A DNA stretch of 64,000 nucleotides from Eledone cirrhosa (lineage: Eukaryota). Each line of letters starts with the position of its first letter. Within the stretch, counting starts at the first letter, position 1. The stretch covers positions 71,486,001 through 71,550,000 of the forward strand of contig OZ024740.1 of NCBI GenBank assembly GCA_964016885.1, given 5' to 3'. Below, piece after piece: positions 11,877 through 23,031 of the stretch. The notes under the pieces were generated by a model. It was not told the DNA's origin. It did no database searches and worked only from the letters and a program-made list of their open reading frames with translations. A program made the translations under genes and the position numbers.

Positions 11877-13148
11877 GCTGCCGACCCCTATTTTAGGAGC
11901 TGATTTTCTTCAGAACTTCTCGCTGCTAGTGGATCTGAAAATCCAACGACTCAGTGACAACTCCACTGGTCTCGCTGTGCGCGGAATAGCCGCTAGGACA
12001 GCCACAGTCAATCCAGTCATTTCACGATCGACAACAACAACCCGGCACAACCACATCATCAACAAACACCCAGACGTAGCTCGACCACTATTCAACGCTT
12101 GCCCTGTAAAACATGACGTCACACACCACATAAAAACACACGGCCCACCTGTCGCTGCACGACCTAGAAGGCTACCACCAGACCGGCTGAAGTCCGTCAA
12201 ACAAGAATTTCAGCACATGCTGGATCTCGGCATCATACGTCCGTCCAGCAGCAACTGGTCCTCACCCATTCACTGTGTACCCAAGAAGTCGTCGAACGAC
12301 TGGCGAATCTGTGCACTGAACAACTGCACCGTTCCTGACTCTTATCCAGTGCCTCATCTACAGGACTTCTCTAGCTCGCTGCACGGGGCTCGCATATTTT
12401 CGAAGCTCGATCTTGTGCGAGCTTACAATCAGATACCCGTTGAGCCCGCAGATATTCCAAAGACCGCCGTCACAACACCCTTTGGAATGTTCGAATTTCT
12501 GCGTATGCCTTTCGGTTTGCGAAATGCAGCGCAGACATTCCAGCGATTCATCGATACAGTCACCAGAGGTCTACCTTTTGTATACGCATACATTGACGAC
12601 TTACTGGTGGCCAGCAGCTCCGATGAAGAACATGAGAAACACCTGGATATCCTATTCACACGTTTGCGTGAATACGGAATTGTTATCAACCCCAGCAAAT
12701 GTGAGTTCGGAGTTGCGTCCCCTCATTTTTTGGGACACATCATTGACAAAGAATGGTATTCGCCCACTTAAGGAGAAAGTCAAATCCATCATTGATTTTC
12801 CACAACCAACATCTCTCCGCAAACTGCGAGAATTTCTTGGCCTGGTAAACTTTTACAGAAGATGTATACCCCACTGTGCAGAGACAGCCCAACCACTCAC
12901 AGATTTGCTGCGGCAGCGTACAACCAAAAACGCAAACATCAAGCTCGGCGAAAAAGAATGTACCGCTTTCGCTGAGTTGAAGAACATGTTGTCCGAGGCT
13001 ACAATGCTGAGTTACCCCAAACCTGACGCCCCAATGTGTTTATTGACTGCATCCGATTTCGGAGTTGGAGGTGTGCTTCAACAAGCGATTAAAACCCGCC
13101 GAAACTAAGTACAGCACATTCAGTCGTGAATTATTGGCAGCATACCTT
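11833..13148 (+). pseudogene. pol: Gypsy pol: RT and start of RNase H, frameshifted
   Basis: [57 protein letters not shown]. Confidence 0.94.
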
Positions 13149-15374
13149 TATAGCGCCCCCTAGACAGGAAGTAGCTGGAGTTACTTCCTGTTGAGGTTAC
13201 AGAACCTTCTTTGTGACTTCCGTCCAGGGAACTATAAAAGGAGAGAGCTGAAAGCTATCTCTCTCTCTTTTCACCTTTCGGCCATCCGCGTTCCGCCGAA
13301 AGTATACTCTCTCGCTTCCTGACTGTGAAAAGGTAAACACCTAACTTTCTTTCGTCGTGAAATCACTAGCCAACATGTAACACAACAACTTAATCACGGC
13401 CTGGCAACATCTCCGCCAGTAGACCGTGCCTCCTGAATTCCTTAATTCGTTGTTTCATCTCTCTTGGCATGTCAACTATTCAGCTCTACTCAGCTCAATC
13501 TTCGTAAATAAATATTGTACATACAAACCGGTGTAATGTTAATTGGTGACCCCGAGGAAAAAATAATAGGATCTGGTGTTGTGTGAATATGGAAAAAAGA
13601 AAATTAATTAGCAGTATTTCAAAAAGAAAAAATTCCTCTAACAACATTCCGCATGGATTTTTTCCTCCGAAATTGTCTACAACGAAAAATAGGAGTAATC
13701 TTTTTCTCAACAGCAAACAAACAAGAACAAATTTTGCTCTTCACCTCACCTGTTTACATCGTTTACATGTGTTTCACTCACTGGATATATCCTTCGTTCT
13801 TCTCACAACGAATACTCAAAAAAAGACTTGGACTCCTGTATTCTTTCTTATATTCAACATGTCAATTTTGATGAACATCACAGCTCGTTTACTCATTCAA
13901 CTAAGCCTTATTCGCTACTTTTTCATCACTTTCACAAAAAAATTAAACTCTCGCCATATTTGTTATACAAAGTGAATATAGCCTTTCATTCTTTTTCATC
14001 ATATTATCACGTTCACACAAATTTTTCAAAATGACCGCCACGACCTGTTCCACTATCATTTTCTCGCGCAATAGAAATATTTTTTTTTTGTTTATTCAAC
14101 TTGACTTTAACCTTGTTTCGGCACGTGTGTGGGAGCACACATCTCGACTCACTGAGATAACACACGCCATAGATAATGTTTCTTGCCAAGAATTCTCCAG
14201 CTTTAAACTATATTCTCCTATTTGCCGGTTTAAAAATTTACCACGTAAATTTGCCGTTGAAAACTGCGCATTTATTCAGAATGCTTATTTCTATGGTCGC
14301 TGGCCTCTTGACCCTTCCAGGTCAACGCGTTCTCAACATCGACTATCAACTTTGGCTGTTATTTCTAGCACTTTGCGCAACTCATTTTTTCTGGGAAACT
14401 TTTTACTGTGAATTGAAACATCGAATAGGTTACCTCACTCCGCGAGACAACAACAACACAGCTTCATCTTTGCTTTATCAACAACCAAAACCAGCAGAAC
14501 AAAACGCAGAGAATTTATTTTTGCAGCACTCTTCCTGTGAGAAAATCCCACCGCCTTCGGAGGTTGGGAATTTCACGTTGTACCACAGTCCAGAAACCAC
14601 CTGCATACATTCTCTGGAGGACACACTCTCTTCCTTGCTGTCATGTGCTTACGTACCTGTTAACTTTATTTTTGAACATTTGAACTTTTTTTAATAACAA
14701 TGTTCGAGCACGTTTCTTTGCTCCTTTGACCTCTTCTTTTAGGTTGATTACATTGTATCTTTGTGTGATGGATAGATAGATGTCCAGTCGTTCTCTGGCC
14801 AAGAGCGGTTGGCTACCTTGATATCTATCATTAATTTTTGCATGCTCATTTTGCTATTTGCTTGCTCATGTTTTGTTCATTCATGTTCTTGTACCTTTTG
14901 CCTTGCTCCTCGTGTTCTCGCTATAATGATTTCATTTGGTCATTCGACTTCTCTTCTGGGAGGGGAGTCCTGTAGCGCTCTCTAGACAGGAAGTAGCTGG
15001 AGCTACTTCCCGTTGAGGTTGCAGAACCTTCTTTGTGACTTCCGTCCAGGGAACTAAAAAAGGAGAGAGCTGAAAGCTATCTCTCTCTCTTTTCAGCTTT
15101 TGGCTTCTGGCCTTCGGCCATGCGGGTTCCCCCGAAGGTATACTCTCTCGCTTCCTGACTGTGAAAAGGTAAACACCTAACTTTCTTTCGTCGTGAAATC
15201 ACTAGCCAGCATGTAACACAACAACTTAATCACGGCCTGGCAACATCTCTGCCAGTAGACCGTGCCTCCTTAATTCGTTGTTTCATCTCTCTTGGCATGT
15301 CAACTATTCAACTCTACGCAGCTCAATCTTCGTAAATAAATACTGTACATAGAACCCTCAGTCACCCTGTTATA
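13149..15374 (+). mobile_element. non-autonomous LTR element C, inserted in the Gypsy RNase H
   Basis: LTRs 13149-13542 and 14971-15374; TSD cctt; PBS tggtgaccccga at 13544; PPT gggaggggag 14958-14967; removing it restores ELLAAYLAVKHF. Confidence 0.94.
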
Positions 15375-16870
15375 CCTTGCTGTCAAGCATTTTTGACACA
15401 TGCTAGAAGTCGTGTGTTCACGATATACACCGACCACAAACCACTAGTGTACGCGTTCAATGCCAAGCCTGACCGACACTCACCCAGGGAGGTCCGCCAT
15501 CTGGACTTCATTTCTCAGTACACTACTGATATTCGGTACATTAAGGGTGCCACCAACTCAGCAGCTGATGCCCTATCGCGCATGGAGCTTAACGCAATCC
15601 ACACCACTGCCACTATCGACCTCCAGAAGATTGCAGCGGATCAACAGAATGACGAGGAACTGCTGCAACTCCGGAAATCATCCTCGAAATTGCAGGAATG
15701 CCCGATGCCCTCTTCTTCGGGTTATATTTGGTGCGATATCTCCACAGGCCACGCGCGCCCATACGTGCCCCAGAAACATCGACGCGACGTTTTCTCGGCA
15801 CTGCATTCTCTGGCTCACCCTGGCGTCCGCGCCTCGCAGAAACTGATGGTTGCCCGCTTTGTGTGGCCCAATATCAACAAGGACACCCGCGAATGGGCTA
15901 GGAACTGTATCGCGTGCCAGAAGGCGAAAATTCACCGGCACATCAAAGCCCCGATCGGTTCTTTCGCAACACCTGATGCACGGTTCCAACATGTGCACAT
16001 AGACATCGTTGGACCTTTGCCTCCTTCTCAGAACTACACTCATCTTCTCACCTGTGTCGACCGATTTTCTCGCTGGCCAGAAGCTTTTCCCCTGACGGAT
16101 ATTACTGCGGAAACTGTCGCCAAAATGCTAGTGTTTCACTGGGTTTCGCGTTTCGGCACACCCGCGACCATCACTACGGATAGAAGACATCAGTTCGATT
16201 CGCACCTATTTACCGAGCTGACTCGTCTCCTCGGGTGAAAACACATCCGTACAACAGCGTATCACCCTGCCGCTAACGGCATGGTAGAACGCTTCCACCG
16301 CCAGCTAAAAGCATCTATCAAGGCTTACGAAGACTCCACTAACAGGTTCGAATACCTCCCACTCATTCTTCTTGGTATTCGTTCCACTGTTAAGGAGGGA
16401 ATCGGACATTCTCCGGCTGAAATGGTGTATGGCACCGTACTCACTCTACCCGGACAAATGATCGCTCCTGTTTCGCCACAAGAACTTCCAGACCCAACAA
16501 AATATGTGCACCGTTTACGGTCATCGATGTCACATCTGTCTCCTTCAGCCCCTAAACAAAAGCACGTTACTTCACACATACCAAAAGACATCGATACATG
16601 AACGCATGTTTTCGTTAGAAATGACGGTATTCCATCGCAACTTCGTCCGCCGTATTCCGGGCCCTATAAGGTGATACAGAAACGCCCTAAGTATTTCGTC
16701 CTTGACTTGAACGGTAAATGAAATACCGTCTCCATTGATCGTTTAAAAAAAAGCGTTGATAGAACAGGAATTGCCACCAGTACCCACCGTTTCTCCAGCA
16801 GACTCGCCAACAACTTTGCCCGACACACCAAATCTGGAAGAACAGTCCGATGGCCCACGCGATACGTACA
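15375..16870 (+). pseudogene. pol: Gypsy pol: RNase H end and integrase, with stops
   Basis: [14 protein letters not shown]...CIAC zinc motif, HIDIVGP, ITTD, NGMVERFH. Confidence 0.94.
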
Positions 16871-17283
16871 AGTTTATCGGGTAAGTACAAATTATGCATC
16901 TGGTCGACATTTCGGCTAATTCGTACATTTCAACGAATCGGCCTATTTCTGTGGTCATGAACTATTGCTACACACAAATCAATTAACTCTGTGCATCACC
17001 CACATCAAAAGAACATTTTTCCGTTTCTATGAAATGAACGAACTTTTAATCAACAAACTTTTTGTACGAACATTTTCAATTTTATGTAACATCACAGTAC
17101 ATTTTTCTGCATGTAAATTTCTTTTGCTTTGCATGTTTTCTTTCATTTCTCCTGTTTGTAAATGACTTTCATGTGTTTTTTTTTTTTACTGATTTTCTTC
17201 AACAACACACCTAGTCATACCTATCTTCATTTCACATGCACCTAGATCGTTCAATCTTAGCTTTCTCACTGGAAGGGGGGTAC

Positions 17284-17999
17284 TATAACGGCAGCGAAGA
17301 TTCGAAACCGAATCTGAGCTTTCCCGCCTCTGGGACAAGCCGTGGTAAGTTGTTTATGCTCAAGAGACTAACCCCTTGGGAGAGGCTAAACACAGGTCAG
17401 AGGTGTTTACGCCTGACAGAAAATAGGTCAGAGGATATATCCATCTTTCTGACTTGTTTACGCTTGGCAAACTAATCCCTTGGGAGACTCTAACCAAAGT
17501 TCAGAGGATATATCTATCCTTCTAACTTTAACTCTTATAAATACAGGGGTTGTTTACGCCCCGACAGAAAAGGACAAGACAAGTCGCATTTACAAGCTCT
17601 CGTCACGAAAAACCAGTCTGTCACTTATTCTCACCTTCCTGGCTGATCGCTGACTCCTACTACTAAAACAAGCAAATATACTGATACGTACACACGCATT
17701 CATAGTGAGTTCACACGCACCATTTCTGTTTATACATATTGTATCTTTCGGATACAGTACAGATTATATTATAACCATATTCTGTGATACTTGTATTTAA
17801 GTGGCTCGAGAGCCTCCAAATTATTGTACGAATATTTCGTGTTATCGATTTTATCATTCAATATTCAAATTGAATATTGTTATAATAAAATAAACTTTGT
17901 AACAACACAATCCTGGTATTATTCTTTACATTGAAAACCATCATACCAACAATTCCTTCTCTCCACTTATCGTTACAACCACACAAATATTCCGTTACA
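17284..17999 (+). repeat. Gypsy 3' LTR
   Basis: tataacgg...ccgttaca, preceded by the PPT. Confidence 0.95.
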
Positions 18000-19010
18000 C
18001 ATAGCTTGGAAAGAGGCTGAAAAAAGAAAGTTTACCAATGTCTTGCAATGTCAGGATCAGAGACATGAAATATCCTGCATTACAAGGCAGGGTGTCACTG
18101 TGAATCAGGATGTTGTTGGAGAAAAGTGTATTAGAAATGACACTGGTGCCCTTAGCACTACCAATGCTTAAAAGAGGCCTGAAAATGATACTATGAGAGG
18201 CTAATGAATGTAGTGAATGAATGGGAGGAAGAGAGACTTTCAATTTACTCAACAGGGTTCAACAATTGAAATTGACAGTTATTGGGTCAAAGGAGCAATT
18301 AAGGAGATGAAGAATGGTAAAGACGCAGGACCATGCTAAAAGCATTGAAAGAAGTAGGAACTGAACTAGTAATTCACATATTCAATCAGATATAGGGGGT
18401 CATACCCAATGATGGCAAAGCAGTACAATCATAAATTGCTACAAGGGTAAAAGTGATGCTCTAGAAAGAAGCAACAGAGAAATAAAACTAATGGATCAAG
18501 TTATGAAAGTGATGGAAAGAGTTCTAACATAGCAAATTAAGGAAAGAGTCAAATCAGATGAGATGCAGTTTTATGCCCGAGAAAAGTAGTACAACAACAA
18601 GAGAAGTTCCTAGTCAATAATAAGCTATTACATTTAGCTTTTGTTGATTTAGAAAAGGCCTTTGACAGAGTACCTTGATCTGTTATCTGGTGGTGCTTAA
18701 GAAAATTAAGTATAAGAGAGAGTAAAAAGTGAGTTCAGTTAGGAATTCAAGGTACATGTAGAAGTTCATTAGGGCTTGGTTCTCAGCCCACTGCTGTTCA
18801 TTATATAGTGTTCCAGGCCGTAACAGAGGAGTTGAAGACTGGCTGTCCGTGAGAACTTCTCTTTGCTCATTAACTGGTCCTTATAGCTGAATTCATAAAA
18901 GAACTAGAAAATAAGTTCTGAATGTGGTAACAGAAATTACAATCAAAAGGGCTGAGAGTAAAACTTAGAAAAAACTAAAGGGTCGGTAAGCAGGAAAGAT
19001 GACAGGATCC
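18000..19010 (+). mobile_element. RTE LINE fragment, right part, degenerate
   Basis: NCYKGKSDALER, LAFVDLEKAFDRVP, LSPLLF. Confidence 0.85.
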
Positions 19011-19395
19011 TTCTCTGTTTAAGGCTTTTAACATCTCAAGCTGAATCTCATCCTCCCCAGAGGTCTTGCCTCATTTGAGCTCTTTAATTGTTCTGGTAAC
19101 CTCAGTCTTCATTAGATTAGTCATTGCACCTTATGTATTTCAGAAGATGCTGATATAACTGGGTTTTGGAGATCAGCAAAAATGTAAATTAACAACAAAA
19201 ATTAAGAATAAAGAAAAGTTAAAACAAATGTAAGCTTAGTACATTTTATTATAAATAAACACACAGAAAAATAGGCAAGAAATAATTCTGAATTTATTGG
19301 TAACCTTTAAAAAAAAGCCAGAATACTAGAAGCAAGAAATTATAAAGAATATCTGGATTAAGTGGTTATTTTAAATATATGTACATAACATCACT

Positions 19396-21294
19396 TTAAC
19401 CTGTATGTGTTTTCATATGTCTATTTAGGCCAGAACTTTGAGAAAAGCATTTTCCACATATTTGACAGTGAAATGGCTTCTCACCTGTATGTGTTCTTTT
19501 GTGACTTTTTAAACCAGAAATCCGAGAAAAATATTTCCCACATACTTGACAATAAAATGGTTTTTCTCCTGTATGTATTCTGACATGCACCTTTAGATCG
19601 GATGTTTTGAGAAAAGCTTTGTCACATGTTTCACAACGAAATGGCTTTATTTCTGCGTGTACATAAACATGTTTTTTCAGTTCATTAAGCATAAAAAAGG
19701 ACTCCTCACATACTTTACAGGGAAATGGTCTTTCATGATTATGGTCATTTTCATGCAAACCTAATTCAGATTTTGTTGCAAAACTCTTACCACAAATAAT
19801 GCAAAGGCATGAATTTTCTTCCATATGAGCTATAGTGTCAGCTTTTAAATCAGAGGCTTTAAGGAACTTTTTGTCACATAATTGACATTGAAATTGCTTT
19901 GTGCTCTTCTCATGTCTTTTTTTATGAATACGTAGATTATAATTTGTAGAAAACTTTAGGCTACATATATCACATGGGTATGGTTTTTCTCCTGTGTGTA
20001 ATCTATTGTGTAACTTTAGAACAGAACTTCTTGTAAAATGCTTATCACAAACTTTGCATTGAAATGGTTTCTCTCCTGTATGTGTTTGGGTGTGCAAGTT
20101 TAAATTACAGCTAGTGGAAAAACTTTTGCCACATATTTCACAGTGATATGGTTTCTCCCCAGTGTGAGTTCTTGTATGAACCTGTAGATGAGAACTTGTA
20201 GAGAAACTTTTTCCACAAATCTCACAGGAAAATGGTTTTTCTCCAGTGTGTATTCGTTTGTGTAATTTGAGGTTTTGACTAGCAGAAAATCCTTTATTAC
20301 ATACATCACAATAAAGTAGTTTTTCTCCAGTGTGCTTTCTTGTATGTAATCTAAGTACAGATTTAGAGGAAAATTTTTTATCACAAGTAAGACAGTGATA
20401 AGGTTTTTCTCCAGTGTGTGTTTGAGTATGAAGGTTGAGGTTGTAATTTGTAGAGAAACCTCTACCACATATTATACAATGAAATTCCCTCTCACCAGTG
20501 TGTATTTTCTTGTGTACATCTAATTTATATGTTGTGTAAAAACTTTTATTGCATACCTCACAGCAATGTGACTTCTTACCACTATGGGTTTGTAAGTGCA
20601 GCCTTAATTCTGATTTTGTTGAAAATCCTTTCCCACAAAGTTTACAGTGAAAAGATTTTTCACCAGTGTGTACTTTTATATGCAAATTTAATTTATAGTT
20701 TGTTGTAAAACCTTTGCCACACATCTGACAAGAGAAAGGCTTTTCTCCTGTATGTGTTCTTGTGTGTATCTTCATTTCAAATTTCTCAGAAAAGCATTTT
20801 CCACATATCAAACAGCGAAATGGTTTTTCCCCAGTGTGTGTCCTAATGTGTCTTTTCAGAACAAAACTACTACAAAAATGCTTGTCACATAATTTACAAG
20901 AGAAAGGTTTTTCTCCTGTATGCGTCATCATGTGCCTTTTCAAATGTGAACAAGTTGGAAAACATTTCTTACATAGCTTACAAGGAAAAGGTTTTTCTCC
21001 AGAGTGTGTTTTATTATGTACCCTAAGAACTGATTTTCTTGCATATCGCTTATCACATAGTTCACATTGAAATGGCTTTTCTCCTGTGTGAGACCGCATA
21101 TGTATCAGTAGTTCGGATTTCTTATGGAACTTTTTTTCACACAATTCACAGCATATTCGCTTTGTTTTGTGTCTTTTTGTAGATATCATTTTTTTCTTTA
21201 TTAACACATTTGTTTTTGGAGTTGTTGGTTTGTTTTCATCCAGTTCCCCCTGGGAATCATTTGAAGTTACACTCAATGAATTTTTCTCTGTCAT
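19396..21294 (-). CDS. C2H2 zinc-finger protein, 632 aa, 21 tandem fingers (finger 16 degenerate), no recognisable effector domain
   Basis: Uninterrupted ORF of CxxC-x12-HxxxH repeats with TGEKP linkers; candidate splice acceptor ttttcag at 21715-21721; AATAAA near 19295 on the minus strand. Confidence 0.95.
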   Translation of the reverse strand: MTEKNSLSVTSNDSQGELDENKPTTPKTNVLIKKKMISTKRHKTKRICCELCEKKFHKKSELLIHMRSHTGEKPFQCELCDKRYARKSVLRVHNKTHSGEKPFPCKLCKKCFPTCSHLKRHMMTHTGEKPFSCKLCDKHFCSSFVLKRHIRTHTGEKPFRCLICGKCFSEKFEMKIHTRTHTGEKPFSCQMCGKGFTTNYKLNLHIKVHTGEKSFHCKLCGKGFSTKSELRLHLQTHSGKKSHCCEVCNKSFYTTYKLDVHKKIHTGEREFHCIICGRGFSTNYNLNLHTQTHTGEKPYHCLTCDKKFSSKSVLRLHTRKHTGEKLLYCDVCNKGFSASQNLKLHKRIHTGEKPFSCEICGKSFSTSSHLQVHTRTHTGEKPYHCEICGKSFSTSCNLNLHTQTHTGEKPFQCKVCDKHFTRSSVLKLHNRLHTGEKPYPCDICSLKFSTNYNLRIHKKRHEKSTKQFQCQLCDKKFLKASDLKADTIAHMEENSCLCIICGKSFATKSELGLHENDHNHERPFPCKVCEESFFMLNELKKHVYVHAEIKPFRCETCDKAFLKTSDLKVHVRIHTGEKPFYCQVCGKYFSRISGLKSHKRTHTGEKPFHCQICGKCFSQSSGLNRHMKTHTG

Positions 21295-22224
21295 GTCAGC
21301 ACATCAGAAAAGAATTGTTTTGTAGAGTTATATCTACACTTCATGTCAAAACCTACTTTCAGTATGTATTATTGAGGTAAATAATATCTGTTAAGAGAGT
21401 GGAGCCATTTGAAGTAGTTTAATGGGAGGCTATAACTTCTTGGAGAACACTGAAGCTAAGTGGATGCAATATATTTTGCTTTCATTTTTTTTTGCACTGT
21501 ATTAGCCAAGTAAGAGAAAAGAAAACCTCCCCAGGCTTCTGCCACAGAGTTGTTTGTTGATATCTTTCAAGAAAGAATGAGTAAAATGAAATTATGTATA
21601 TAGAACTTCTCCATCATTTGATGTACTTTGGATAAAACTACTGTTTTGGTTTAAAGTCATCTGTTTATTGAATAAAATTACTTCATTTTAAAACATTATT
21701 TCATAATCCACATTCTGAAAATACAAGAACACATTTTTTTAAAATCATTATTTCTAACACTAAGTGGATTGGTTTATTCAATTTCAAATGAAATTTAATT
21801 CTTACAATTCTGTGATTAGAAAATCACAAGATCAGCCTCAACTGACCTTATAAAGGTTGGAAGGGAAGAATGGCACCAACTTTAGACCAACATTTTCAAC
21901 AATTCAACTAAATATCTTACATTTTCAAGACTATTAGGATAGGGAACTAATATACATATAAACATATATAAGAAGTTTGATGCTGCAAGACAAAGAATGC
22001 ACAGTCCCTAAATATTAAGTATTTATATGTATGTAAGGTCCCATAACTCCTAATGGAGTTGTAGGGATGGCGTATTGAGATACAGCGTTTCTAGGGTGTC
22101 TTTTAAAAACTTTGCAGAGCCTATCTCCACTCCAGGTCTGAATACAGTGGCTTTCTTCCAGAGAAGGATAGAGAGAGTGACAGAAAGGAAGTGAGAAAGA
22201 GATATAGAGGAAGAATCGGCTCCA

Positions 22225-22375
22225 GTACTTGACTGGTACTTTTTTTTATCAACCTCAAATGGATGAAAGGCAAAGTTGATCATAGCAGGATTTGAACTCA
22301 GAGAGCAGAAAGCTGAAACGAATACTGCAAAGCATTCTATCTGACGTTCTAATGATTCTGTCAATTCGCCGCCAT
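22225..22375 (-). mobile_element. tRNA-derived SINE family (gcctttcatcc...gtcgataaa...agtaccag core); further copies near 23420, 32460, 33120, 38580, 40279, 41660, 47940, 49295, 51070, 52910, 53255
   Basis: B-box gagttcaaatcc followed by a shared core in more than 10 copies; core resembles the MetaSINE domain (from memory, unverified). Confidence 0.8.
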
Positions 22376-22862
22376 AAGCGTTTATATCGTACATCTAATT
22401 GATAGTGATAAAAAAGGTTAGATTAAAATATCTCAATGGCTTAAGAGTCAGAGGTGAGTGGATCCTGACGCATTGTTAAATAACAAAACTGATCAATCCT
22501 CTTCTCCCCTTAATCTCTACCAAGAAGTTAGTTGACCAGATAAACAGCCTAATCTCTACCCCCAAAAAGCCCCCAGCGGGTCTAATTTTATGACAACACT
22601 AAATACCTATGGATACATGACTCTATATATCTAATAAAACCTTGTACAGAAACTGAATTCTTTGGGCTAGACACTTGGTCAATTTTGAGGGGAAATTAGT
22701 TGACCAGATCAACTGCTGTAAATAGATGTCTGAAGGGTTAGGGGAAAGATAAGATGATCATAGGTCTGATTAATTATAGCTAATGATAATTTCGAACAAA
22801 TGAAGTAGGTACTATACGGTTGGACAGCCAGCTAAAAACAGCAGCCAAATTACATTCTACAG

Positions 22863-23031
22863 TAAGCATGTCAAACTGAGGGTCCCCTGAGGGCCACATA
22901 TGTGTTGTCTGAGAGTCACACACGACAACTAATTGCGCACATTACAACACATTTTAAAATTTTATATTACGAAGATAAAACATGCTCGCGCTGTAAAACC
23001 CTTTGTGTGGGCTGCATGTTTGACATGCCTG
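22863..23031. mobile_element. hAT-type MITE, same family as 1971-2171, inverted
   Basis: TIRs taagcatgtcaaac / gtttgacatgcctg; perfect 8-bp TSD ttctacag. Confidence 0.9.

Larger units (their letters stand above)
5764..17999 (+). mobile_element. Ty3/Gypsy LTR retrotransposon, CsRn1-like clade, full length but disrupted
   Basis: Two ~720-bp near-identical LTRs, 4-bp TSD cata, tRNA-Trp-type PBS 10722-10732, PPT ggaagggggg 17271-17280, CHCC Gag, PR-RT-RH-IN order. Confidence 0.96.

Noticed and set aside
14031-14694. ORFs in the satellite LTR interiors (126 and 172 aa; also 7216-7467 and 9387-9788)
   Set aside because: No recognisable domain, mostly non-ATG starts, and frames are not preserved among A, B and C
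20100-21070. Alternative-frame and antisense ORFs over the ZNF (also 36741-37164)
   Set aside because: Shadow ORFs expected from repetitive finger codons
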